DNA from: an uncultured Defluviitaleaceae bacterium
Lineage (GTDB): Bacteria > Bacillota > Clostridia > Lachnospirales > CAYPQA01
Direction: 5' to 3'
NCBI GenBank assembly: GCA_964611385.1
Contig: CAZSXS010000004.1
Location: 1,782 to 65,781, forward strand
Length of the DNA stretch: 64,000 nucleotides
In this document: piece after piece, positions 51,411 through 60,817 of the stretch
Layout of the letters: every line of letters begins with the position of its first letter
Position numbering within the stretch: position 1 is the stretch's first letter
Translations under genes and position numbers: made by a program
Notes under the pieces: model-generated
Databases searched by the model: none
What the model saw: the letters and a program-made list of their open reading frames with translations, nothing else
Told to the model about the DNA's origin: nothing

Positions 51411-53808
51411 CAATCAAGCCTTTGTTAGGGACCTGGCTCTGCAAAACCTAAAAAACAACAAGCTCCGAAACCTCTTTACCGTGCTGGCGATTGTGCTTTC
51501 TGTCAGCCTGCTAATGGGCCTTACCCTGTCCTATACCGCCATGAACGAAAGCACCAAAAAACAGATCAATCAAATGCAGCATGTGATTTACTATCGGGTA
51601 ACGCCGGAGCAAATTGAAGTCCTGGAAAAAGATGAACGCATAGCCGAGCTGTATCTTTTCAAGCAAGGACAAAGCATGGAAATCGAAAATTTTATGGTGG
51701 TTCCCCGGTTTTACGAGCAAAAGGGCACCAAAATGCTCATTCCCCGTATCACTGAGGGCAACTATCCTCAGGCCGAAAACGAGATCGCTGTGGATAAATC
51801 CTATATGGCGCAGATCGGGAAAGCAGCCGCACTGGGTGCAAGACTTTCCTTTCAATTTTTGGACGGCAGCCAAGAAGAATTCATCATCAGCGGCTACACT
51901 GATACGGGTATGGTTTCCAATGTCTACAATCTGCTGTTTTCCCAGAGTTATGCTATAAACGGCTCTCAGCTCAAAGAACATAACTACCATGTAGCCGTCC
52001 GCATTGTTGGAGCCGAAAGGATGTCAGACCAGGAATTTCTGGAGACCATCCGCTCCATCGGCAGCGACTGCGGGATCCAAAGACAACATATCAATGAAAA
52101 CAATATCTTTGTCCTGTCTCTATCTTCAAGCTTTGGAGATGTGCTGCTTTTGATCACGCTGTTCTTTATTATTCTCTTGGTTAGCTTTTTGGTGATCTAC
52201 AGTGTGTTTTATATTTCGGTGGTGGGCAGAACCCAGCTGTTTGGGCAGTTACGTACCTTGGGCGCCACCAAAAAGCAAGTCAAGCGCATCGTAAGACAAG
52301 AAGGCCTGCTCTTATGCCTCTTGGGCGCACCCCTCGGTCTTGTGATGGGCGCTTTGTATGCTTATTTCATAAGACCCGATGGCTGGAACTGGAAGACAAC
52401 ACTCCTAATCGGCTGCATTGTTTGGCTAGCCGATCTGCTGACGGTACTGATCTCTGTAGGCAAACCGGCAGACTTAGCCGCAAAGGTATCCCCCATTGAG
52501 GCCCTTCGGACGAACATGGCCGAAGAGGATATCAAACGCTTTCAACGAACAGTGAAAGTGGGCAGCCTAAGCCCCTGGCACCTGGCACGACTGAACGTAA
52601 AAAGAAACAGGAAAAAAGCAGTGCTGACCATCCTGTCCTTATGCCTTGGCGGTATCCTTTTCATGGCCGGAACCAGCATGATTACTTCCATCAATCAAGA
52701 AGAATACTCCAGACAAGGGAATTTTAAACACGGTGAATATTTTCTATCCCTTTCCGAAAACGCTGCCCAAACCAACCCCTTTGGTATGACCGGTGTTCAA
52801 GCTCAGGGCAACCCCATGAATCAAGAGCTATTCGATCGGATTTCCAAGATAGAGGGTGTAAAAACACTTATTCCCTTGGAAAAGCTTGCAGTCAAATTTG
52901 ACTACAAGGGGATACGCTCCGATGATTCGATCAATCCCTTTAACCAAGCAGAGGCAGAGCTACTGCGAAGCGGACTGAAGGAAGGCAGCCTTGACTATGA
53001 GCGTATGGTGGCAAACAAGGAGATACTGGTCGTCCTGAATAATATGGCGAAAGAAATTTACGGCTGGCAATTTGAGATCGGGGACAGCATAAACCTGCGT
53101 TGGTATGACGGGAAGGAAGAAGTGGAAAGCAGCTTTACCATTGCTGGAAGCGTTGACTACTCGCCCGAAAATTATTTGCAGGTTTATTCTGCCGGATGGT
53201 TTCTGGCGCCGGAGCCGCTTATAAGGGAAATGATGGTCGAGGGCTTTAACTTAACTCGAAATCTCATCGTGTCGGTATCTGACTTTCAAGAACAGGGGGC
53301 GAAAGTCGAACAACAATTACAGTCTATTGTCGATGAAAGCCCACTGTTAAAAATGGCAACGCTACGGGAAGGGATCCTACAGGATCAAAATTCCTTCAGA
53401 ACCCTCTACAGCTTTGTCTTGGGGATAACCTGCTTCATCATCTCTTTCAGCCTGATCAATCTGATCAACACCCTGATCACCAATGTCTTGACTCGAAAAA
53501 GAGAATTTGCCATGCTCCAATCCATAGGCATGGATCAGCGTCAGCTGACCCTTATGATTCAAGGAGAAGGCTTGCTGTTGACTCTATGGAACCTGCTCTT
53601 GACCGTATCAGCGGGAACGGCTTGCGGCTACATCTTTATTCTAATCATGAAGAGCTACGGAGCAGACTACATGCATTACAGCTTCCCCATCTGGTATTTC
53701 CTACTCTATGCTGCTCTAATTACACTCTCCCCCATCCTCATATCCGCTCTGTCTATTAAGCTATTCCAAAAGAAAGCTCTGGTCGAACGGCTAAGGGAAG
53801 TGGAATAG
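51400..53808 (+). CDS. FtsX-family ABC permease with two 4-TM halves, each with a large extracytoplasmic loop
   Basis: 802 aa. By eye the hydrophobic segments follow a TM1 - ~200-aa loop - TM2-4 pattern twice. It overlaps the ATPase gene by 11 nt. Confidence 0.8.
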   Translation: MKNNNQAFVRDLALQNLKNNKLRNLFTVLAIVLSVSLLMGLTLSYTAMNESTKKQINQMQHVIYYRVTPEQIEVLEKDERIAELYLFKQGQSMEIENFMVVPRFYEQKGTKMLIPRITEGNYPQAENEIAVDKSYMAQIGKAAALGARLSFQFLDGSQEEFIISGYTDTGMVSNVYNLLFSQSYAINGSQLKEHNYHVAVRIVGAERMSDQEFLETIRSIGSDCGIQRQHINENNIFVLSLSSSFGDVLLLITLFFIILLVSFLVIYSVFYISVVGRTQLFGQLRTLGATKKQVKRIVRQEGLLLCLLGAPLGLVMGALYAYFIRPDGWNWKTTLLIGCIVWLADLLTVLISVGKPADLAAKVSPIEALRTNMAEEDIKRFQRTVKVGSLSPWHLARLNVKRNRKKAVLTILSLCLGGILFMAGTSMITSINQEEYSRQGNFKHGEYFLSLSENAAQTNPFGMTGVQAQGNPMNQELFDRISKIEGVKTLIPLEKLAVKFDYKGIRSDDSINPFNQAEAELLRSGLKEGSLDYERMVANKEILVVLNNMAKEIYGWQFEIGDSINLRWYDGKEEVESSFTIAGSVDYSPENYLQVYSAGWFLAPEPLIREMMVEGFNLTRNLIVSVSDFQEQGAKVEQQLQSIVDESPLLKMATLREGILQDQNSFRTLYSFVLGITCFIISFSLINLINTLITNVLTRKREFAMLQSIGMDQRQLTLMIQGEGLLLTLWNLLLTVSAGTACGYIFILIMKSYGADYMHYSFPIWYFLLYAALITLSPILISALSIKLFQKKALVERLREVE

Positions 53809-53874
53809 CAATGGATGAGAGGGGAAGATTTTGAAAAGCTGAAAAGGATTTTCGAAGCAAAGCGGTTATAGTGC

Positions 53875-53915
53875 AAAAGGCGTATGGGTATTGTTGCGAT
53901 GCCCATACGCCTTTT
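53875..53915. terminator. Bidirectional rho-independent terminator
   Basis: AAAAGGCGTATGGG (53875-88) pairs with CCCATACGCCTTTT (53902-15). Confidence 0.75.
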
Positions 53916-54046
53916 GTATTCGTACTGCAATACTGGGACCAAGCTGTTCTTCTCCAAGCAACAAAAACCCTCATAATATTAATACTAATTCTCTTGTAAT
54001 TCTGAAGCTTTGTCGTGAATTAGTTTGGTAACTTTTTCATAATCTG

Positions 54047-54075
54047 TTGACATTGCGTTGGCTTTTATGTACTAT
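54047..54075 (+). promoter_or_regulatory. Candidate sigma-A promoter of the chemoreceptor gene
   Basis: TTGACA (54047-52), 17-nt spacer, TACTAT (54070-75). Confidence 0.5.
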
Positions 54076-54203
54076 GTGTTGTAGCGCAAACGTAAGGCTG
54101 ACATATGCTTCCTTTTTAATCAATCGAGGGTATCCCTCTATTTTAGACTTTGTGCTATTTTTTATAATTGTTGGAAACCAACAGAATTTTGGAGGGGAAT
54201 TTA

Positions 54204-56456
54204 ATGAATTGGTACAGGAACATGAGAATCAAATCAAAGCTTCTAGCTAGTTTCGGGTTAGTCATTATTGTTTCTATCGTTATGGTAGCGTTTGCCGTCA
54301 TGGCTATGAAGAATCTGGGTTCACGGTATAAACTGTTAATAAGCGGCCCTATACATGCGAGAACTTATGTTATTTCAGTTGGAAGAAATTTTTCAAGGGC
54401 TAATCTTAATTTACAAAACATTGTGGGTTTTTTTGGTAGCAAGGATGAGCTTAATTCAGATAAAGAGAATCTGAATTACTTTGTCAATGAAGCTATAATT
54501 GAATTAGGCAAGTACAAAGATTCTATAAATAGTGACGAATCCTTAGATAAAAAATTTGTCGATGAACAAATTACTTGGGCTGATGAATTGATTGCTGATA
54601 TTAAAAATAATTATATTCCATTATGTGATCATATTGTTTCAACAATATATACGGATAAAGACAAAGCAATGCAAGATACCTTAGTAGTAAATAAAATTGT
54701 AGATGAAATAAACGATCATCTAGATCAAAAGGGAACTGAATTGAATGATTTATTTGATGATCAATTATATAGAATGCAACGGTTTGAGGACGCTTCACAC
54801 GTTTTTATGAATGTATTTTCCGGGTTTTTGACAACTATAACTATACTGATTACACTCTATGTTGCGAAGGTTATTACAAAGCCTATTAAGCAATTAATGA
54901 GATGCGCTGACAAAGTGGTGAATGGTGATTTTAGCGAAAAAATCGCAATTACCCAAACGAATGATGAAATCGATCAACTATCAAATCATATAGCGCAAAT
55001 GGTATCCATATTTGAAGCGATCATAAATGAAGTTTCCAAATTTAATGTTGAGTTTAGCCAAGGAGATATTGAGGCTCGGCTTAATTCGGAAGGCTTTCAC
55101 GGAAGATATAAAGACATTATTGATTCAATTAACAATTTAGTGAATATCTTTGGGGAGGATAACACAACGCTGATTGGTTACATGAAAAATATTGGTGAAG
55201 GTATCTTTGATTTTGAGGTGAAAAAATTCCCTGGCAAAAAGGTTATTTTAACAAACACCATCACAAATGTTCAAAGTAATTTAATTCAAGTGTCCAATGA
55301 GATTAATAACCTAATTAAGCAAGCCACAGCCGGAAATCTGAATTGTCGGTTTAATTCTAATCAATATCAGGGTGATTGGAAAAACATAATGGATGCGCTC
55401 AATATGCTGGTTACTGCAATCTCTATTCCTTTAAGAGAAGTGCAGCACGTTTTATCCAGGATAGAAGAAGGCGATTTTTCTGCCAAAATGGAAGGGAAGT
55501 TTGAGGGAGAATTTGCTACGATGCAAAGCAGCTTGAATCAAACGACTCACGAAGTAGGTTCTTATATTACTGAAATAAGCGAAATACTTAAAGATGTGTC
55601 CAATGGCAACTTAAAAAAAGGCATTATCAGAAATTATGTTGGCCAGTATGATCAAATCAAGCTTTCAATCAACAATATCATTCAGACCCTTAACAGAGTT
55701 ATTTGTGATATTGGTATATCGGCTAATAATGTTTTATCCGGAGCCAACCAGATCTCTTTAAGCTCAATTGATTTAGCGAACGGAGCAACAAAGCAAACTT
55801 CCTCGATTGCTGAGCTTATGTCATCCATTAAGATGATCAGTGAAAAAACACAATTAAATACGACAAATTCACAAACCGCTACTGAGCTATCCGACCGATC
55901 CATAGAGAATGCACGCTTGGGTAATGAAGATATGGATCGGATGTTGTCATCTATGGATGGGATCAAGGAATCTTCAAACAATATATCAAAACTAACAAAG
56001 GTCATTGAAGAAATCGCTTTTCAGATCAATCTTCTGGCGTTTAATGCATCAATTGAAGCTTCTCGAGCTGGTCAGTATGGAAGAGGATTTTCCGTTGTAG
56101 CTGGTGAAGTGCGCAATCTTGCCTTAAGAAGCCAAGAAGCGGTTAGCGAAACCACTCAGTTAATTGAAGAATCAATTGAAAAAGTGGATACAGGTACAAA
56201 AATAGCAAATATTACAGCCTCTGCTTTAAACACGATTATCAATGATGTCGTTTCTATCTCCAAAATGATAAACCAAATATTTAGTTCAACTAAAGAACAG
56301 GGTCAAGCGATCTATATGGTTAATGATGAAATTACTGAAATCTCTTCTGTTGTTCAAAGCAATTCTGCTGCGTCTGAAGAAACAGCAAGTGCCGCCGAAG
56401 AACTTGTGTCTCTGTCTCAAGCGCTTACTAATGCAGTTTCTTATTTTACAGTTTAG
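54204..56456 (+). CDS. Methyl-accepting chemotaxis protein with periplasmic helical sensor and extended HAMP-repeat region
   Basis: Start ATG 54204 (GGAGGGG RBS). TM1, ~170-aa loop, TM2, ~250 aa of HAMP-like repeats, and the conserved signalling hairpin EIAFQINLLAFNASIEASRAGQYGRGFSVVAGEVRNLA. Confidence 0.85.
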   Translation: MNWYRNMRIKSKLLASFGLVIIVSIVMVAFAVMAMKNLGSRYKLLISGPIHARTYVISVGRNFSRANLNLQNIVGFFGSKDELNSDKENLNYFVNEAIIELGKYKDSINSDESLDKKFVDEQITWADELIADIKNNYIPLCDHIVSTIYTDKDKAMQDTLVVNKIVDEINDHLDQKGTELNDLFDDQLYRMQRFEDASHVFMNVFSGFLTTITILITLYVAKVITKPIKQLMRCADKVVNGDFSEKIAITQTNDEIDQLSNHIAQMVSIFEAIINEVSKFNVEFSQGDIEARLNSEGFHGRYKDIIDSINNLVNIFGEDNTTLIGYMKNIGEGIFDFEVKKFPGKKVILTNTITNVQSNLIQVSNEINNLIKQATAGNLNCRFNSNQYQGDWKNIMDALNMLVTAISIPLREVQHVLSRIEEGDFSAKMEGKFEGEFATMQSSLNQTTHEVGSYITEISEILKDVSNGNLKKGIIRNYVGQYDQIKLSINNIIQTLNRVICDIGISANNVLSGANQISLSSIDLANGATKQTSSIAELMSSIKMISEKTQLNTTNSQTATELSDRSIENARLGNEDMDRMLSSMDGIKESSNNISKLTKVIEEIAFQINLLAFNASIEASRAGQYGRGFSVVAGEVRNLALRSQEAVSETTQLIEESIEKVDTGTKIANITASALNTIINDVVSISKMINQIFSSTKEQGQAIYMVNDEITEISSVVQSNSAASEETASAAEELVSLSQALTNAVSYFTV

Positions 56457-56507
56457 TTTTGTTCCCTTTGTATCTTTTACTTTTTATTTGAAAAGGAGGA
56501 AGAAAAA

Positions 56508-57353
56508 ATGATTGCAATGGATAACTTTGAAAGGTGGCAACAAATACTATTTACTGATAAGGCAACAGCAGTATTAAATAGTAATGAAAAAGCGGATTTG
56601 GATAAACTCTCATTAGAAAAAAGAAACGACTTACTGAGGGATCTGCTTGAGAAACCTGTGGGTGATGTAGGTGTACTGCACCCCTTATACTTTAGAAATA
56701 AGTGGGCTGATGCATTGTTGGCGACAGGGCTTCAGGCACCTGTATCTGTATTTGAAATAGCCCCCGGCTCTAATGATGTCATTCCATTAACGGTATCTCG
56801 TATCTTTAACCATCCCCAAACGTCCTATACGGCAGCTAATACAAATAAACAGTTAACCCAATATCTTTATGAAAAAACAAGCCATCTGCCAATTAAAATA
56901 AAAGTCATTGAGGAACAGGCGCAAATGATGGGTGTTTATGCTCAGCCTAGTCAATTTGATGCGGTGCTGTTTGAACATGCCGTGAACGATATTATGTATG
57001 ACATGATTGCCCGAAAGAATGGCTTGGATACCATTCATGAAGACTGGTTTGGTATTCTTCCGAAAATTATCAGCTGTATGAATAGCGAATATGCCAATGG
57101 CACCTATGAAAGTACGATCAAAGAGGAACTTCTTGGGGTGTTTTCATCTTGTTTGGATACCTTAAAGGAAGGTTCTTACATCATAATCAATCATTTTATG
57201 TATCAAGCCGATTTAGATTTGGGGCTAAATTATGAATTGTGGGAAACGCTCCTTCCAACAGTTCGAAAATGGGTCGAAGAGGCAAAGATTGGTAAAGAAG
57301 TGTTTTTTGACGGATTTGAGCCTCAGTGGTGGATGTTTATACAGAAGGCGTGA
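56508..57353 (+). CDS. Hypothetical protein, possibly a degenerate Rossmann-fold methyltransferase-like protein
   Basis: 281 aa with a strong RBS (AAAGGAGGAAG). Weak class-I MTase-like segments are VFEIAPGSND, AVLFEHAVNDI and GSYIIINHF. The assignment is tentative. Confidence 0.45.
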   Translation: MIAMDNFERWQQILFTDKATAVLNSNEKADLDKLSLEKRNDLLRDLLEKPVGDVGVLHPLYFRNKWADALLATGLQAPVSVFEIAPGSNDVIPLTVSRIFNHPQTSYTAANTNKQLTQYLYEKTSHLPIKIKVIEEQAQMMGVYAQPSQFDAVLFEHAVNDIMYDMIARKNGLDTIHEDWFGILPKIISCMNSEYANGTYESTIKEELLGVFSSCLDTLKEGSYIIINHFMYQADLDLGLNYELWETLLPTVRKWVEEAKIGKEVFFDGFEPQWWMFIQKA

Positions 57354-57479
57354 GAGGGAAAGACTGTCAGTGCATGAGGTTGCTCAGCTCGAATCTTGCT
57401 GAATTTCATTCGCATTTTATGCGTTATGAAAGATGGGCGTAAATACCACAGACGAGAACAATCTTTATAGAGGTAAAAA

Positions 57480-58418
57480 ATGAAAACAGCAATCATTTCA
57501 GATGTTCACGGAAACTACAGCGCATTAATCAAAGTGATTGAACATGCAACTTTGAACAAAGTGGATCGATTTATTTTTATAGGAGACTATGTATTTGACT
57601 TGCCATTTTCTAATGAAGTGGTGAAGTATATTTCCTTACTAAAAAACGCCGATGTTGTTTTGGGAAACAAAGAAGTCTATTTAAAAGCATTGTCCCAAGA
57701 AAATCAAGCAGCGTGGGTATTTGACCAAATGGGGGCAATGTACCAAACCTATCGTGAACTGTCCGAGGAAGCACTTGCTTTTATTTCAACACTTAAAGAA
57801 GACGCCTATATTCCGCTTCAAAGCGGTGGCTTTATTTACGCAAGCCATTATCCAAAAGACATGCTGCAAGGAATCAAAGCAGATTGTACAAGCTCGCAAT
57901 TCCATAAGAAAATGATAGAAAGGCTCTTTTCTCATGAACAGTTTCTTTGTGATTTTAGTGAATTACTAAAGCAGGATGAGTTTAAAAGCTTATTTGGTAA
58001 AATAGAGGCTAAGGTTATCTTGTTTGGCCACAACCATTTACAAAGCTATGGATATTGTGGTGAAAAGCTCATTATTAACCCTGGTTCTTGCGGACTACCC
58101 CTTGACTTTGACACTCGAGCCTCTTATACCATGCTGGAAGAAACAGAATCCGGCCTTGCTGTCATTGAACATCGAGTTGAGTACGATATTGAGGCTACTA
58201 TTGAGCAAACAAAAAAGTCAAAAGTCTATGCGTGCGGTAGGGTTTGGTTGGAACTGGTTTTTTTGGCAATGAGGACGGGTAGAGACTATTTTGGACTGTT
58301 TTTTAAAATTGCAACTGAATTAGCAATTTCCAAAGGCGAAACAAGCGGCTTCTTTACCAACGAAACTTGGAAACAAGCTTATACTAATTTTTTAGATCAT
58401 GTGAGGTGGATGCAATGA
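57480..58418 (+). CDS. Calcineurin-like metallophosphoesterase (YfcE/MJ0936-type) with C-terminal extension
   Basis: Motifs seen: ISDVHGN, IGDYV, GNKE, GHNH and PGSCG. Confidence 0.8.
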   Translation: MKTAIISDVHGNYSALIKVIEHATLNKVDRFIFIGDYVFDLPFSNEVVKYISLLKNADVVLGNKEVYLKALSQENQAAWVFDQMGAMYQTYRELSEEALAFISTLKEDAYIPLQSGGFIYASHYPKDMLQGIKADCTSSQFHKKMIERLFSHEQFLCDFSELLKQDEFKSLFGKIEAKVILFGHNHLQSYGYCGEKLIINPGSCGLPLDFDTRASYTMLEETESGLAVIEHRVEYDIEATIEQTKKSKVYACGRVWLELVFLAMRTGRDYFGLFFKIATELAISKGETSGFFTNETWKQAYTNFLDHVRWMQ

Positions 58419-59140
58419 GAACATTTGAAAGCCCTGCATATTCAAAAGTAAATGCACAAGTCTTCGGAGAAGACTTAAAGCAAATGGGGATGGCAACTAT
58501 AAAGCAGGTGGAAAAATTGGCTCTGATACTGCCAAAGGGTGGGAAACTATTGGATTTAGGCTGCGGGGCAGGGCAAATAACAAAGTGGTTTGCTGAAAAA
58601 TTGCAATGCGAGGCAGTTGGAATTGATCTTGATGATGAGGCTATTTCTTATGCCACTGCACATAACGCTAATGCAAAAATTGAGTATAAAAAAATGGATT
58701 TTTTAGATATCAACTTGCCGAATAACGATTTTTCCATTGTGCTTTCGATTGACACCCTTTATTTTTGTAAATCCATTGACAATATTCATAAAGTCCTTTC
58801 ACGCTGTATAGAATTGCTGAGCGATAATGGTATTATTGCTGTTTTTTGGGAAAACTGCCCTGCTACTATCTACGAAAATAAAACAAACACGCCACAAGGA
58901 ACCCCTATCGGAAAATGGGCAAATGAAATGGGGTATCGTTTTGAAACAATTGATTTTTCAAGTGAATTGATGGATTTTTGGAAATCATGGAGATACTTTG
59001 AAGACAGTAAGGACGAATTGATTGCAGAAATAGGTGAGGCGGCATTTGCTGAATCAGAGCAAGAGTTTAAATTTATGATCAGCTATTTTGAAAAAAATCC
59101 TAACTATATAGGAAGATGGTTGTTCTTGATACATAAATGA
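58415..59140 (+). CDS. Class I SAM-dependent methyltransferase
   Basis: LLDLGCGAGQIT motif I, acidic loop GIDLDD, and IVLSIDTLYF. The likely ATG 58415 overlaps the upstream stop (ATGA). Confidence 0.8.
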   Translation: MRTFESPAYSKVNAQVFGEDLKQMGMATIKQVEKLALILPKGGKLLDLGCGAGQITKWFAEKLQCEAVGIDLDDEAISYATAHNANAKIEYKKMDFLDINLPNNDFSIVLSIDTLYFCKSIDNIHKVLSRCIELLSDNGIIAVFWENCPATIYENKTNTPQGTPIGKWANEMGYRFETIDFSSELMDFWKSWRYFEDSKDELIAEIGEAAFAESEQEFKFMISYFEKNPNYIGRWLFLIHK

Positions 59141-59217
59141 AGGAGTGGGCTTTCTTGAGGGGGAATACCTCAGCTGGTGGTCTAATGAGTTGTAAGTTTA
59201 TCCGAAATTTGGCGGAT

Positions 59218-59276
59218 TCTATGCAAAACAAAAGCGAGTGCTAAAAGTAAAAGCACTCGCTTTTGTTTTGCATAGA
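59218..59276. terminator. Perfect 25-bp inverted repeat (probable bidirectional terminator or protein/recombination site)
   Basis: TCTATGCAAAACAAAAGCGAGTGCT (59218-42), loop AAAAGTAAA, then AGCACTCGCTTTTGTTTTGCATAGA (59252-76). I checked every pair by hand. There is no U-run beyond the stem. Confidence 0.5.
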
Positions 59277-59514
59277 AACTGGGGCCATATATTTGTGGGA
59301 TAATTGTCGTTGAACTTAACAGCGAGGGCTACCGCTATGGGAGGATGTTGAAGATTAAAATATACCTTCAATGAATTTCTGTTGCGAAATTTTCTAACGC
59401 TTGCCCTTGTGTCATTTTGTATTCTGCTTTATAATGCATTATTAAGGCGAAAGACAGAGAGCCATACAAAGCATTTATTTATAGCATATAATAAATTACC
59501 ATAGGTGAAGTACG

Positions 59515-60573
59515 ATGATAAAATTGAGCCCAAAGTACTTTTTGTTATCCATTCTATTTTTATTCATTGAAATACTAATAGCGATATATATTCACGATTC
59601 GTTGGTTCGGCCTTACGTTGGTGATATCATTGTTATTTTACTGATATATTCTATATATCGCTCTTTTTTTAGCGTCAACATCAAGTGGGTTCCTATTTGC
59701 ATATTTATTTTTGCCACTGCTGTGGAGCTAATGCAGCTGGTAAACATTGTTTCCTTATTAGGGCTAGAGGATAATAGAATTGCACGTGTTGTGCTTGGCA
59801 CGACTTTCGATTTAAAAGACATAGCTTGTTATTTTGTAGGAACATTGTTGGTAATTGCATGGAAAAAAATCAACAATACGGCCTTACAAATGCTTGTCAT
59901 ATTTCTTGCGGGATTAACCTCTATGGTTACTTTTATAATTCTTGCTTACAATGGTTTATGGTGGCCAATTGACCCTGTATTAATGGGTTATGAAATAAAA
60001 GGAGTTGATGTAGCCAGATATCAAGGGGATATTGACTGGGAAATTCTGCATGAGAAGGGGATTAAATTTGCTTTTGCAAAAGCCACTGAAGGCAGCTCCT
60101 ATAAAGATCCATATTTTGATATGAATGTGATAAATGCTGAAGGTGCAGGGATTCATACAGGCGCCTATCATTTTTTCAGAACAGAAACAACAGGTCATAA
60201 TCAAGCTGAAAACTTTCTTAATTCAATTATTAAGTATACATTGACAATGCCACCTGTTTTGGACTTTGAAGTAGCTGACAATGAAGATGATATTGAAAAA
60301 AGACGCATAATTAATGAAACAAAAGCCTTTCTTTTGAAAGTAGAAGAAGCGTTAGGCGTTAAACCATTGATTTACTCAACATATGAAAGCTATTATGCTT
60401 ATTTAATAGATGACTTTGGTGAGTATGATTTTTGGATGAGAGATTTAATCAAACAGCCTTCTATACCGAATGGTAGAATTGTTATTTGGCAATATTGCAA
60501 TAGGGGCAGATTAGAAGGTATAGATGCTAGTCAGAAATATGTTGACTTGAATGTGTTGTTTTGGTTGGACTAA
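59515..60573 (+). CDS. DUF2809-like membrane domain fused to a GH25 muramidase (lysozyme)
   Basis: The N-terminal ~115 aa (IHDSLVRPYVGDIIVILLIY...AVELMQL...VLGTTFDLKDIACYFVG) looks like DUF2809. An extra TM follows, then GH25 motifs GVDVARYQGDIDW, FAKATEG and GAYHF. Confidence 0.8.
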   Translation: MIKLSPKYFLLSILFLFIEILIAIYIHDSLVRPYVGDIIVILLIYSIYRSFFSVNIKWVPICIFIFATAVELMQLVNIVSLLGLEDNRIARVVLGTTFDLKDIACYFVGTLLVIAWKKINNTALQMLVIFLAGLTSMVTFIILAYNGLWWPIDPVLMGYEIKGVDVARYQGDIDWEILHEKGIKFAFAKATEGSSYKDPYFDMNVINAEGAGIHTGAYHFFRTETTGHNQAENFLNSIIKYTLTMPPVLDFEVADNEDDIEKRRIINETKAFLLKVEEALGVKPLIYSTYESYYAYLIDDFGEYDFWMRDLIKQPSIPNGRIVIWQYCNRGRLEGIDASQKYVDLNVLFWLD

Positions 60574-60817
60574 AGGTTGATGAAAGAGATTGCTCTGTAA
60601 ACATTGTCTGAATACCCTGCATGAGCTTATATAATAGCAATGGCAGTTAAGATATGTTTGCATCAAAATATCCTGATAAAGTTGATGCATTGTTTTATTT
60701 GGTTACTCAGACGTTAAGTTGAAAGACCTTCAGATATGGCAATGTACGAAAGTTGAAGGTGGTAACATAATATAAAACCGAAATATTGAACAATAGAATT
60801 TCTTAGGAGGATAAAAG

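Noticed and set aside
60654-60710. Possible alpha/beta-hydrolase gene remnant (MFASKYPDKVDALFYLVTQ) in the GH25/NTase spacer.
   Set aside because: It is only ~19 codons, with stops on both sides. The resemblance to the ...yPdkV.alvl... hydrolase segment is suggestive, but I cannot confirm it without a database search.
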